Source: Octopus sinensis
Lineage: Eukaryota
Length of the DNA: 64,000 nucleotides
Direction of reading: 5' to 3'
Assembly (NCBI RefSeq): GCF_006345805.1
Contig: NC_043006.1
Span: 90,768,001 to 90,832,000 of the forward strand
The first letter of the stretch is position 1. The number at the start of each line of letters is the position of its first letter. This document shows positions 39,641 to 51,972 of this stretch, piece by piece. Below the pieces are notes generated by a model. The model was not told where the DNA came from, ran no database searches, and saw only the letters and a list, made by a program, of their open reading frames with translations. The translations under genes were made by a program, and so were the position numbers.

Positions 39641-42369
39641 TCTCTCTCCCTCTCTCTCTTGTGCTCTTAATACTTTTGTAAAGGGGTTATTAAACCAAAA
39701 TATAAAAACTGATTAAATATTTCTATGATAACATTTCAATATCTTTGTTCTTGTTAATTTTGGATATTTGATGCTTGTTCTGCATTGTTATTGTGTTGCC
39801 ACCTTCTCTAAGACACTGCTTTTCTTTATTTTATATATATATATATCCATATATCCACCCACACACACATACATTTACTCATGAATAGGATAATATCTTA
39901 AGAGTTTGATTTTTGCAAGCTTAATTGTTCAGAAGTTGAATATTATTCTTGTTAATACTAAATACTGTAAACAGCATTATAAGAAAGGTTTGTATAGCTT
40001 AGCTGTACCTGACTAATGTTCAGTAGTATGCTGTACCAAAATTATACAGTACTTTTTCTATATAGATAGGAATAGTAATAATATAAAAATAGTTATAAAA
40101 ATCATCATAATAAATAATGATAATAATGCTATTTTATACTGTTAGTACTTTATTTCTCATAGTATCTTTCTTGATGATGTTGATTTCAAGAATTAATAAC
40201 CTGGAAATGTCCTCTGCCTGTCAGCAATGGCGTTCTTCTCACTTATTTTAAATCTTCAAAGGGTGTTGCAACCATCTGTTAAAGTAAGGCTCATGGAACT
40301 GATATTGATTGTTCATCCACATGCTCAGAAGCTTTTTCCCTTCTCCAGTCACTGAGCTTCATTTTCTGCTGATTATTGTAGAATGTCTTGGTACAGAATA
40401 TTTCACTTGTATTATGGACTTTTTGTCTTTTACTCTTTTCTTATTGTTTTGTTTTAAATACACTGCATTTGTTTCAATGAGTTTAAAAACTGGTTATTAT
40501 CTACTTGATTCTAGTATTGATACTGATGATAGTGGTGATCAGATGCTAGAAATAGCAGCTCAAAGCAAAGCAGTGGTTTAACTCATACCTTATTTGGTAT
40601 CTTAGCTCACCCGTACTTTATTGTATCTTTCCTACATCATCTTGCTTGAATGTTTTCTTTGTAATTAGAAACTATTTTGCTCTGTCTTTCATCTTTATGC
40701 AAAGCATTGGATTTCATGGATGCTCATTTTGAAATTTATATGCAAAGGATGTTGCTTTAGCAATAAATAAAAAGGTGTTACCTGCAACTATAATGTGATT
40801 GTTTTGCCTTTGCACCAGCTGAGTTTGAAATGTAAAAGTCTACCTCAAAATATGTTGTATTCTAACAATGAGTATGGATCCCATCCTATATCAATGTTAA
40901 AGAAATAACTTTTGTTTCTTTAAGCAATAACTTGCCAGTGTCAGTAATGAAAGGCTGTGGCTACCATTATTTGGCTGTAAGATAATTCCAATAGACTGAA
41001 AGCCAAGAATAGGAATTCATAATACTTGCATTTTGGGGTTTCTTTTATATGAGACTGAAATGTAGACTATGTGTTATGTGAGAGAGTGGAAAGGCAGTGA
41101 TTTGATCTCTTATTGTTTGTCAGCACCATACGGAGGGTCTGTAATCCACTTATTGATTGATATTAGCTGGAGCAATGTCTCCTTATTCCTAAGCACTTGT
41201 TATTGTAACTAGATTGACCACGCCTCATGTTTTGGAAGACAATCAGTTAACAAAAATATGCTGTTGGAGGATTTGATGTTTTGTATGTACATGGTTGACT
41301 GACACAACTTTTTCTGAACTATTTGAGGTGATTGTTTTAATCATGAGAAAGGGAATTAGTTATTTTTTTGAACATGAATGTTTTGGAAAAGTAAACAATA
41401 CAATACAAAAAAAGTGTCTCTGAGAAACAAACTTGTGTAGTCAAGCTGAGATTCTTAATCCATCATTTTATCTACTTGTAATGAATCATAGAGAAGATGG
41501 CTCATGCATACAATGAGGAATGGCTTAATTAATTTTTAGATTAATGTAATTAGTTTATACAAATATTTTCCATATTTGATGCTGGTTAGGAAATAAATAT
41601 CCAGTATCTATTCATAACAATGAATCATTCTTTGAAATTATGTAATTAACAGCTGTTTTAAGTTGAGTCAGTTTTAAGCCCCACCCCCTTCCTTTGGTTT
41701 CTTTGCTAAATAAAAAAAATACAAAAAATATAATTAATATAATATTTTGATATGTTACTAAATTCCTAAATATCAACTTTTTGTGCAGCGTTTGTTGCAT
41801 ATTAAATATTTTTGTTATTTCTGCAGTGTCAGAAGATTCTTTAAGCATCTGTTCAGCGTAAATAGCCTAGTATGAAAACCTCATCAATAATTAAAAACAG
41901 TTGTGTATTGAATATTTTTCAATTAATTACATGTTAACTTTCTTTTCATTATCTTGTTAATTCTGATTTAAATGAATGCAAGTAATGTTTAATGAAATGA
42001 TTATAAACATAAGAATTGTAAATAGACGTACAAGAAAACAAAGCCAATTATCTTTGAACAGAGTAGTAACAAAGTTAACTATATTTCTCAATGTGAATTA
42101 AGCTAGAGAAGTTCAGAATGATGAGTAATGGCATTAACTTGTAATTCTTGTTGATTTTGTAAATACTTTTAATCTACTTCAAATTAGTTTTAGCTATTAC
42201 TTACTCTCAAGAAATTAGTAGTATTTCTGTAGTTCAACTAATTGAAAATCAATCTTTCTTTTTGCTTGATTTGTTTTCTCTTCTTACAAGTCTTATTAAC
42301 TAAGTTAATATGTCATGTTTATTATCATCATTGTCTTCTTGCTTATTTTCTTTTTCGTGTTAGCATAGT

Positions 42370-42580
42370 TTGGGCAAGTCTACAGTACTGCATATCTCCT
42401 CTTCACTTTCCTAAATCTGGTGAAGTCTAGCATCCTAACATTCACTTCTTTACATTTCTTCTTTTGCTTTCCTCTTCTGAGGGTACCTTCCAATGTCAAT
42501 ATATCACTTTCTTTCATTATGCTGGTGTTATCCATTCTCATCACATTTCTATAATATTGCTGCTCCCTTGCCTAAATACA
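42370..42580 (-). mobile_element. Old RTE LINE RT C-terminal remnant
   Basis: VMRMDNTSIMKESDILTLEGTLRRGKQKK parallels HVPRMDEDSCVKKCHTLAVEGTCGRCRPRK. Confidence 0.55.
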
Positions 42581-44184
42581 TTAACAGAAACCTTTAATGC
42601 CTAGTTTGCTGTTTCAAGTATTAGGTCACTTAAAGTAACAGAAAACTATCCACTATATTTTCCATACTATCTCAGCAGTTTATAGACTTCATTTCATTGC
42701 TATTTCTACTGATAATTATTCTTGTTCATCTGAAATGTCTGAAATATTGCTGTTGTGTTGTAAGCTTTGTATAGTAGTTAAGAAAGTTTTTATTTTATTC
42801 TTTACTTTTTTCTGTCAGCTCTTTAGTCATTATTATTTTCTCTTTATATTTGTTTCTTCTTTTAATTTTTTTTAATGTTATAGTTATTGAAGTATGTATA
42901 TATACAGAGATAGAAAAAGACATATTTGAATTCGAATAACTGCTGGCTTATAGGATTAGAAATACTGTTTTTATGTATTAACTATCCACAATATAATTAT
43001 AGTGCTTATATACATAATTACCATAAATAAATCTAAAGTAATGCTGCTGATGATAACGATACTAACAATAATTTATCACAAGTATTTATAATTTACATCA
43101 ATAGTTAAATGATGGGGATGATGAGTTTCCAGTTCAAGACTGATTTCAGAAATATCATCTCGAATATGGAAAATTAAATTTTTAATTTGTGAAAAGAAAA
43201 ATTCATAGTTTAAATTTGAGACTGTCCAAGATTTTAAAATTGCATACTATATACAGGAGTTCTAGCAGTGGAGTAAAGAGTTCAAATATTCTGTGCATAT
43301 TTTCTGATGATTGTTAACATATATTGATTGAAAAATGAAAACGTTTCTGGATGTTGAATGGAAGAAAGGAATCAAATATGGATCTAGAATGTGAATAAGT
43401 AACTTGATCGTGATCATAATTTTTTTTTTTTTTAATAACCGCTGGCCAATTATTGTGAATGGTACTTTTTAGAGAGATTATTGTATTAACATGACTGTTC
43501 TAGTGGGAATTAGCAGTCTCAGGAGGAGATGATTTTACTCAGAAAATAAATTTGAAATATTTAACATCTGAAATCTATTTATTATTAAAACTGTTCATGA
43601 TTATGAATTCATTGCAAACTTGATTTCATTGTTAACTTGAAGAAACATTAGGTGTAATTTATTGTAGCAATCACATTGGCTGATTTGTACTAAACTATAT
43701 ATATATAAGCTTGAGTAAATATTTGTGAAGTGTTTTGCTATTGCTTCCTCTATTTGTTTTATCATCTTATCAGTAATTTTAAAATTTATACATTGACTTC
43801 ATCAAAAAATCAAAAATAGCAATGAGGTGCTTTCACGGAAAGGAAAAAGAAGAAACAGAATTAAGAATAATGAATGAAAATATATATATACATACATACA
43901 TACACACACACAATTTAGATTTTAGTAAATAGGAAAGAAGAAAAATAGGACCCTGGTACCTTCAAGGAAATGGCCTTGCTTGATATCGAGAAAAAGAGTT
44001 GCTATAAGCTCCATTTGCTGTGCTTGATGTAAGCTATGGGCACACAAGAGATGTAGTAGAATCACTTACAGGTTATCTGAAAATGTAACTTTTATATGCT
44101 AGAGATGCACTGAAACAGTTTGTACAAGCTCACTGGAAATCAGGTTTCTGAAATGTCCAGATGATTCACTAGTTGTAGTTGATA

Positions 44185-44735
44185 TTTTTTTTTATCTAGA
44201 TGTAATTAGCAATGGATGTGGTTGCTCTGAAAGTAGAGTAGCTAGAGGGAGAACTGGTTGGAGAAAGTTCAGGGAGCTACTAACACTGCTAATGACAGAT
44301 CTTTCCCTAAGAGTAAAAGGCAGACTGTATGGTGTTTGTGTTAGAATTGCAATGCTACATAATAGTGAAACATAGACCTTCAAAAAGCTGGAAAGAAATG
44401 AAACAAGCATGCCCTACTAGATGTGCAGTGTAAGTGTGCATGAAAGAATTAGTACAAAGGGGCTGAGTGAAAAAACTGGGCATTAGAGGAGTCAGTTGTT
44501 GTTATCTGCAAGAAAGAAGACTACACTGGTATGGACATTTGATGCATCTGAATAAGAGCAGCTGTGTAAAGAAATGTTGATTGCTAAATGTGGCTGGAAC
44601 TTGCAGTAAAGGGAGACCCAGGAGGACATGGAATGAAGTAGTTAAGGCTGACCTCTTGATCCTGAGTCTGATGTAGGAAATGACAAAAGACTAGGATATT
44701 TGGTAATATGGGATTCTTGAAAAGAACCACCCTTC
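44185..44735 (+). mobile_element. Old RTE LINE 3' fragment
   Basis: LDVISNGCGCSES..ARGRTGWRKFRELL..LSLRVKGRLYGVCVRIAMLHNSET. Confidence 0.85.
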
Positions 44736-45593
44736 TCAGTGAAACTGAATTCTGGAAGTATTGTACTCTCCACCCATATTACAGTGACTCATTCACCCTC
44801 TTCTATGAATTACACCTGCCTCTTCCAACCATCCATAGCTCCTGCAGGCTACCAGCAATGTCTCTCCTCTTTCTTGTCCTCCCTCTCTGACAACTGCACT
44901 GGCTACACTACTCTGCTCCTTACCTCTTAGTCCTCTGCATCCCTCTATCTCTTCAAACTCAGGAGTCCTTGTTTATCTGCCTTTCAATCATCCCCATTTT
45001 GACAGTTTGCCTCCCACTCCCAGCCCTTATCCCTTCATTCTCTTTCCCATACAATCATGCAAACTGATTCTTCAACTCACCTTGTGCCATGTGGGGCCGT
45101 TTAAGCGCCCCATTGCCATTAGCTATCTCTCGCAGTTCTTACTGTTCATTTTTTCTTTCCTTCCCCTTCTTCTATTATTCAAGAGTAGCCATGTAGATCT
45201 ACAAGAACCTATACTGCTACCCACCTTCTCCATAGTTACCCAGCCCCAAGCCAGGGTTTGTAGTTCTATAACCTGCGTGGTGACCTCAGTATTTCAGCTG
45301 ACACAAAATAATTAAAAACACCCAATCCACTGTGTAAAGTGGTTGGCATTAGGAAGAGCATCTATCTGTAAAACCCATGCCAAAACAGACACTGAAGCAC
45401 TATGTTGTCCTTGGCCACATTGGATCCTGTCAAACTGTTAACCTGTGCCTGTTTGAAACACACATCTTAGATGGTGATATATGTACATGTGTATGTATAT
45501 ATATATATATATGGTGTGTGTGTGTATACCAGAGTAAGCACATAAGTGCGAAACAGGGTGAAAGAATAGTATTTGAATAGTAGAGGTAGAGTA

Positions 45594-45729
45594 ATATGCT
45601 TTATTAAAAACCAGCAAAAATAACACAAAAACTGTTACTCAGAGTTTCACATTACCATTTATCAGACCAGGAGCATGAAACTGAGTAACAGATTTTGTGA
45701 CATTTTTGCTGCTTTTTAATAAAGTATAT
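45594..45729. repeat. Foldback with ~55-bp arms containing a CpG-decayed hammerhead (45632-45667, minus)
   Basis: gt-CTGATAA-ATG-gtaa-TGT-GAAA-C-TCTGA-G-TA-acag on minus; the right arm has GAAAC-TGA-GTA-acag on plus. Confidence 0.7.
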
Positions 45730-45768
45730 ACATTGTTGCTATTATGTCCAAATTTGGTCTAATGTGTT

Positions 45769-45819
<51 letters not shown>

Positions 45820-46294
45820 GTTTAGCGTCCGCTTTCCATGCTAGCATGGGCTGGACGGTTCAACTGGGGTTTGGGAAGCCAGAAGGCTGCACCAGGCCCA
45901 GTCCGATCTGACAATGTTTCTATGGCTGGATGCCCTTCCTAACGCCAACCACTCCGTGAGTGTAGTAGGTGCTTTTCACGTGCCACCGGCACAGGTGCTA
46001 GACGGGGCTGGCAAACGGCCACATTCGGATGGTGCTTTCTAAGTGCCACCGGCACGGGGGCCAGGCGAGGCTTTTTACATACCACTGGCACGAGGCCAGT
46101 CGGGGCAGCGCTGGCAACGGCCACATTCGGATGGCTCTCTTACGTGCCACCGGCACTGGTATCACAGCTGCAATTTCCATTGATGTTGATCAATTTTGAT
46201 TCTCACTTGCCTCAACATGTCTTCACAAGTAGAGTTTTGTGTCCCCAGAATGAAAGGTATGCATAAGTGGACTGGCACATCCCGGGTTATAGTC

Positions 46295-47407
46295 TCACTT
46301 GTCCTGCCCAGTCTTCTCACGCACAGCACACTTCCAAAGGTCTCGGTCTCTAGTTATTTCCTCAGTGAAACCTAAAGTTCGAAGGTCGTGCTTCACCACC
46401 TCGTCCCAGGTTTTCCTGGGTCTGCATCTTCCACAGGTTCCCTCAACTGCTAGGGTATGGCACTTTTTCACACAACTATCTTCATCCATTCTCGGCACAT
46501 GACCATACCAGCGCAAACGTCTCTCTTGCACACCACAACTGATGCTTCTTAGGTCCAGCTTTTCTCTCAAGGTACTTACACTCTGTCGAGTATGAACACT
46601 GACATTACACATCCATCGGAGCATACTGGCTTCATTTCTTGCGAGATTACGCATATCCTCAGCAGTCACGGCCCATGTTTCACTGCCGTGTAGCATGGCT
46701 GTTCGTACACACGCGTCATACAGTCTGCCTTTTACTCTGAGCGAGAGGCCTTTTGTCACCAGCAGAGGTAAGGGCTCTCTGAACCTTGCCCAAGCTATTC
46801 TTACTCTAGCAGTTATACTTTCAACACACCCTCCCCCGCTACTGACTTGGTCACCTAGGTAACGGAAGCTATCAACTATTTCTAGTTTTTCTCCCTGGAA
46901 TGTGGCAGAAGTAGGTCTCAGGGCATTTTCAGTGTTTATTGCTCCTGAGCATCTGCCACATACTATCTTCCTAGTTAGCCTTCCTTTGACATTGCTGCAC
47001 CTCTTATGTGTCCATAGCTTACACTTGGTGCATCTTATAGAGTTTCTACCTACACCTTTTCTACAGATCGAGCAGGGCCATCTACCTGAAGACATTTGTG
47101 ATTTGTCTACCTTCCTACTTATTAGGACTTTGGTTTTAGCTAGGTTGACTCTAAGGCCCTTCGATTCTAATCCTTGCTTCCACACCTGAAACTTCTCCTC
47201 CAGTTCTGATAGTGACTCAGCAATTAGAGCAAGGTCATAGAGGAGCTCCCAGGGGCATTCTGTCTTGAATTCCTCCGTTATTGCCTGGAGGACTATGATA
47301 AATAGGAGGGGGCTGAGGACTGAGCCTTGGTGGACCCCTACCTCTACCCGGAATTCTTCACTGTACTCATTGCCAACCCTCACCTTACTAGCGGCGTCCC
47401 TGTACAT
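46295..47407 (-). pseudogene. RTE RT C-terminal open segment (370 aa) lacking a complete YADD motif
   Basis: ORF track; ELLY-D-LAL at 47234-47239; C4HC3 finger at 46949-47074. Confidence 0.95.
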
Positions 47408-48726
47408 GGCTCACACAGCTCTCACTAACCATTCATCTATCCCTACTTTCCTCATTGACCACCAGATAAGGGATTGGGGGACCCTGTTGAAGGCTTTCTC
47501 TATGTCAACAAAAGCCAGGTACAGGGGCTTATCTTTGACTAGGTATTTCTCCTGCAGCTGCCTTACCAGGAATATAGCATCTGTGGTACTTTTCCCTGGC
47601 ACGAACCCAAACTGTATCTCATCTAAATTAACTCTCCCTCTCTAATTAATTGGGCTATGATCCTCTCCGTAACCTTCATTACCTGATCAAACAGCTTGAT
47701 ACCACTGTAATTATTTGTATCTAGGGCGTCACCTTTACCTTTGTAGCAGTTGACTATTATGCTGCTACACCAGTCATTGGGTATGACTCCTTCGTGTATC
47801 ACCTGATTAACTATACGGGTGACTAGGCTATAGCTGACACTACCAGATATTTTGAGCATCTCTGCAGTGATTCCTGAAGGGCCTGGGGCTTTCCCTGTCT
47901 TCATGCTTCTAATTGCCTTAACTACCAAGGAACTGTCAACTCGGATAGCTCATCCCTCTGTTGGGTCGACATTCGGCAGACTCTCTTTATCCCATTCATT
48001 TTCTTTATTCAGCAACCTTTCATAGTGGCATCTCCAAACCTCTCTCTTTGCATCCTCATTTAGCACAAGTGAACCACGAAACACCTCAAGTCTTTGGTCC
48101 TCACGGTGCAGAACATTGGCAAATTTTTTCTTATCTGCTTCCCCTCTGGCTAAATAGACCTGTCTCCTAGCTTCCCTTTTGGCAGTCTGATACAATTCCC
48201 TGCTACCACCATTCTTCCAGTCCTTCCAAGCCTGTCTCTTTTCTCTAATAGCCCTGTCTACAACATTGTTCCACCACCACGTTATTTTGGGTTGAGAGGG
48301 GACTTTGCACCAGCCACAGATCTGGTCAGTGGCTTCTACCCCATGTGATGCTCTATCCCCTTCTACTTCGTCAAAGGCTTCAAGTAATATGTCCCTAAAT
48401 CTCTGTCCATTCGCAGGATCTTTAAGCTTCCACATCCTTCTTCTCCATGTTGGTCATCTTCTGGTCGTCCTCTTAGTCCTGATCCTAAAGTCACTAACTA
48501 CCAGTCTATGTTGCGGGGTACATTCTTTGCCTGGGAAGGTTTTGGCATTTATAAGCAGCCATCTTTCCCTTTTCCTGGCAAGCATGTAGTCAATTTGGCT
48601 GGTATGTCAGCCCAATCATTAGGTGACTAGGTGACTGGTAGGTTTCCTGAAGTTAGTGTTGCAGACCATAAGATCATTTGCATCGCAGAACTCCAGCAGC
48701 CTAGTTCCCTCCTCGTTGCGGGAACC

Positions 48727-49276
48727 TTAACCATAGCCTCCATGTACACCATGGAAGCCCCCATCATGTCGTCCAACGTGACCGTTGAAGTCACCAGCCA
48801 CAAAGAGAAGGTCTCTGTCGTTCGTCAACGAGGTAGTCTGCAGTAGAGTGTCGTAGAATCGGTCTTTCTGTCCATCGGGTAGCCCCGGCTGAGGAGCATA
48901 GGCCGATATAATGGTTGCTAATCCATGATGAAGCTCTAATCTAATCTTAAGTATTCTGTCACCTATTCTGATTACCTCAATTACTTTATCTACCCATTTT
49001 TCAGCGATAAGTATACCCACGCCACCAACCCCATCAGTGTTCCCTGCGCAGAAAATCTTGTACCTGTGTTCTTTGCCTGTGAGGAATCTAGCAGAACCTC
49101 CTCTCCACCTTACTTCTTGGATGCAACATATATCAACACATCTCCCTCCGTTCAAGCATCTCGACTATCTCGCCAGACCTACCTTTCAGTGTGCCAACGT
49201 TGAGGGTGCCAACCCTGATGGTGTGGGAGGTATGTGCCCTAGAGACCCTAGGACGGTGGACAGTTGTTTCATGTAC
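48727..49276 (-). pseudogene. APE-like endonuclease segment of the LINE, frameshifted near 49145
   Basis: ORFs 49133..49315 and 48727..49155 together give RVGTLNVGTLKGRSGEIVEMLERR / VDICCIQEVRW. Confidence 0.92.
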
Positions 49277-50323
49277 CTGAAAAGAAAACTCGCATTTGGC
49301 AGAAGTCATGAGCAAGCAATACAGTAGCCTTCAGTTCAACCTGCATAACACTACCCTTTCATATATTGCACTGTATGAACATTACCTTACATAGGAGATA
49401 GGCCGAGACTAGGGGTAGGGATAGCGAAAGAGTTTTTGCAGTCTTCATGGGAAGCAACTCAAGGATGGCAAAGAATAAAAACTTCCGGCATGTGTGGAGG
49501 GGGTGGGAGGGCGGGGACACCATGAACTAGGAAGAGGGCCTGTTAATCATGAGACCAAGAAAGTAGGTTTGAAAAATCTGAGGAAGTCAAATTTTAGGAG
49601 AATGATAGGTGGCTGAGTGTTAAGACTTTGGTAGCTAAGTGAATCAATGAATATAAAGTTATCTTCGGGAGCAACAGGAAGACAAGACTAAACGAAAAAC
49701 ATATTTACATGTTACTGAACTAGACAGAGTAATGAGAGAATACTGAAAGAATAATATAATGAGAGAATAATGAAAGAATAATGATGATATGTGCAAAGAT
49801 AGCAGGTAGAAGAAAGTGAGGTTGAAAGAAGGATTCTTATCTTTTATCTATTCATGACGAGCTGTCTGTTATTCTTGGTTAGGGGTTAGGAAGAGAGTGG
49901 AATTCCCCCCCCCCCTGATATGCGTTCCCTAGTTTATATGTGGCAATGGTGTTTATGGGAGGAGGGGGACATAGAGAAACATAGGGAGACAGACAGGAAT
50001 ATTTAATTTTGCTTTTAATAGCCGGTTCTTTTGGTCAAACTATAGTATTTCCAGCTGCATCAGATGACAAGATATGGAAATTGTCAAAGTGTGGTACAAT
50101 GGTTTAACATTTTTCAAAAGTTTTGCAAAAGTATTTCTGACTGAAAATATCATACATGCATGGAGTTCTGATTTTATGCACCCAACTAAGTATTATTGTT
50201 AAGCTGAAACTGTTGCTAATGTAAAAAGAAATGGAATGGTGAAACCATTTTTTTATTTTCTGAAAAAGCAACGTTTTGGACTTACAACACTTTAGATATA
50301 TATGGTATTTATATAAATATTTA

Positions 50324-50535
<212 letters not shown>

Positions 50536-51272
50536 TTCGCTTTGACTATAAAAGCTGTTTACTTTTTGTTTTTCCTTTGTAACTTTATCTTTATTCTTAA
50601 TGTGAACTGAAATGTTCTAATTTGCATAGGCTGAATTTTTATTTATTGTACCATAAAACAGGACCAGACTTTCTTTTGGGGGTATTGTTAGCATTAAAGC
50701 TCCATTAAACACCTTCCTGTCTCTTATTTCTTTCCAGTTAACAACAGTTATATAATGATAGTAGTCCAAAAATTTCAATTTTGACTACCCTAAAATTAAA
50801 TATTGTATACCGGGTAAATTATAAAGAAAGTGTATTAGATGTTTGAGACTGATTTGAGGATCTTGTAAAAGATAGAATTTATTTTCTATATCACCATAGC
50901 TCTTATTTTTTTGTTTTGTGTTTTTTTATGTTATTTTTCTTATTGGGATTTTAAAAAATTATTTATGCTTTCAACAAATTTTCTTATTCACTATTCTCTC
51001 TTATAGTGATTAGATTTTCTTTACATTAAACAAATTTCTGAAGCTTATAGCTTAGCTATATTTTCTACCTATGTCTATATTTAGGTTTGCAATTTAATTA
51101 GCTTAGGTATACTGGAAATAATATTCTACATGACTACCTTTTAAATATACTGCATATATAAAGGAAGAATTATTAAAAAGTGTTTCCAATACTACTTTAC
51201 TACTCACCTGAATTTGCATATCAGTCTGTTTGATAATCATATTTTTATGCTGTGCCACTAAAGTTAAACATG

Positions 51273-51304
<32 letters not shown>

Positions 51305-51309
<5 letters not shown>

Positions 51310-51972
51310 TCAAAATAAAAACATGATGCCAAGGATTCAGCAGTACATATGTTTCGGGCCTTTATTAGACGGATTTATAACAATGCATAATGTGTGTCTA
51401 TGGCCTATATTTTTCTATATCTCTTTATATCTTTATACTCTACATTTTTATATTTTTCTATACTTACACTTTTTATATATATATATTTAAAAAAAAATTT
51501 TTTTTTTTTATCCTTCGTCCTGAATTCTCGCCCTTCCATATTTATCCCTATTTGCTCTTATTACCAGGTTCCTTCACGTCTGTCTGTATTTATATATGTA
51601 TATATTTATTTATTCATTTATTTATATTACCTCAACATCCAAACTTCCTCATTCTACATTGAGAGAAGGACGAGATGGACGCTTCATTTTTATGCTGTTG
51701 CCGCATTATGTCGTACGTGAATGAGAGGATTTGCATCCCCAACGTAGAATTTTTGATGTAATACATGTCCTTGAGGTAGTAGTTGTGCGCGGCTGAAGAA
51801 GGCCATAGACACACATTATGCATTGTTATAAATCCGTCTAATAAAGGCCCGAAACATATGTACTGCTGAATCCTTGGCATCATGTTTTTATTTTGATTAA
51901 TTTACTCCACCACCTACACCACCAAACGGTATATACAGGTGCTTACAATTATCAAGTATTCACCCTGAATTT
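51305..51972 (+). mobile_element. Second copy of the hammerhead element, with 102-bp inverted repeats and an inverted head segment
   Basis: 51305-51406 is the rc of 51800-51901; 51625-51901 is homologous to 35185-35463; 51903-51972 is the rc homolog of 34650-34719. Confidence 0.85.
51789..51866 (+). ncRNA. Minimal type I hammerhead ribozyme with intact core
   Basis: gcgg-CTGAAGA-aGGCC..tagac..gtcta..GGCCc-GAAA-C-ATAT-G-TA-ctgc; predicted cleavage after 51862. Confidence 0.8.

Larger units (their letters stand above)
45771..49450 (-). mobile_element. Near full-length RTE-clade LINE (APE + RT + PHD-like finger), inactivated
   Basis: APE motifs GTLNVGTL, ICCIQEVRWRG, ISAYAPQ, VAGDFNGHVG; RT motifs KAPGPSGI, YLAFVDIEKAFNRV, HQGSVLSP, FRYLGD; (CAT)n tail at 45771-45818; several frameshifts and stops. 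The 5' boundary is uncertain and no TSD was found. Confidence 0.97.
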
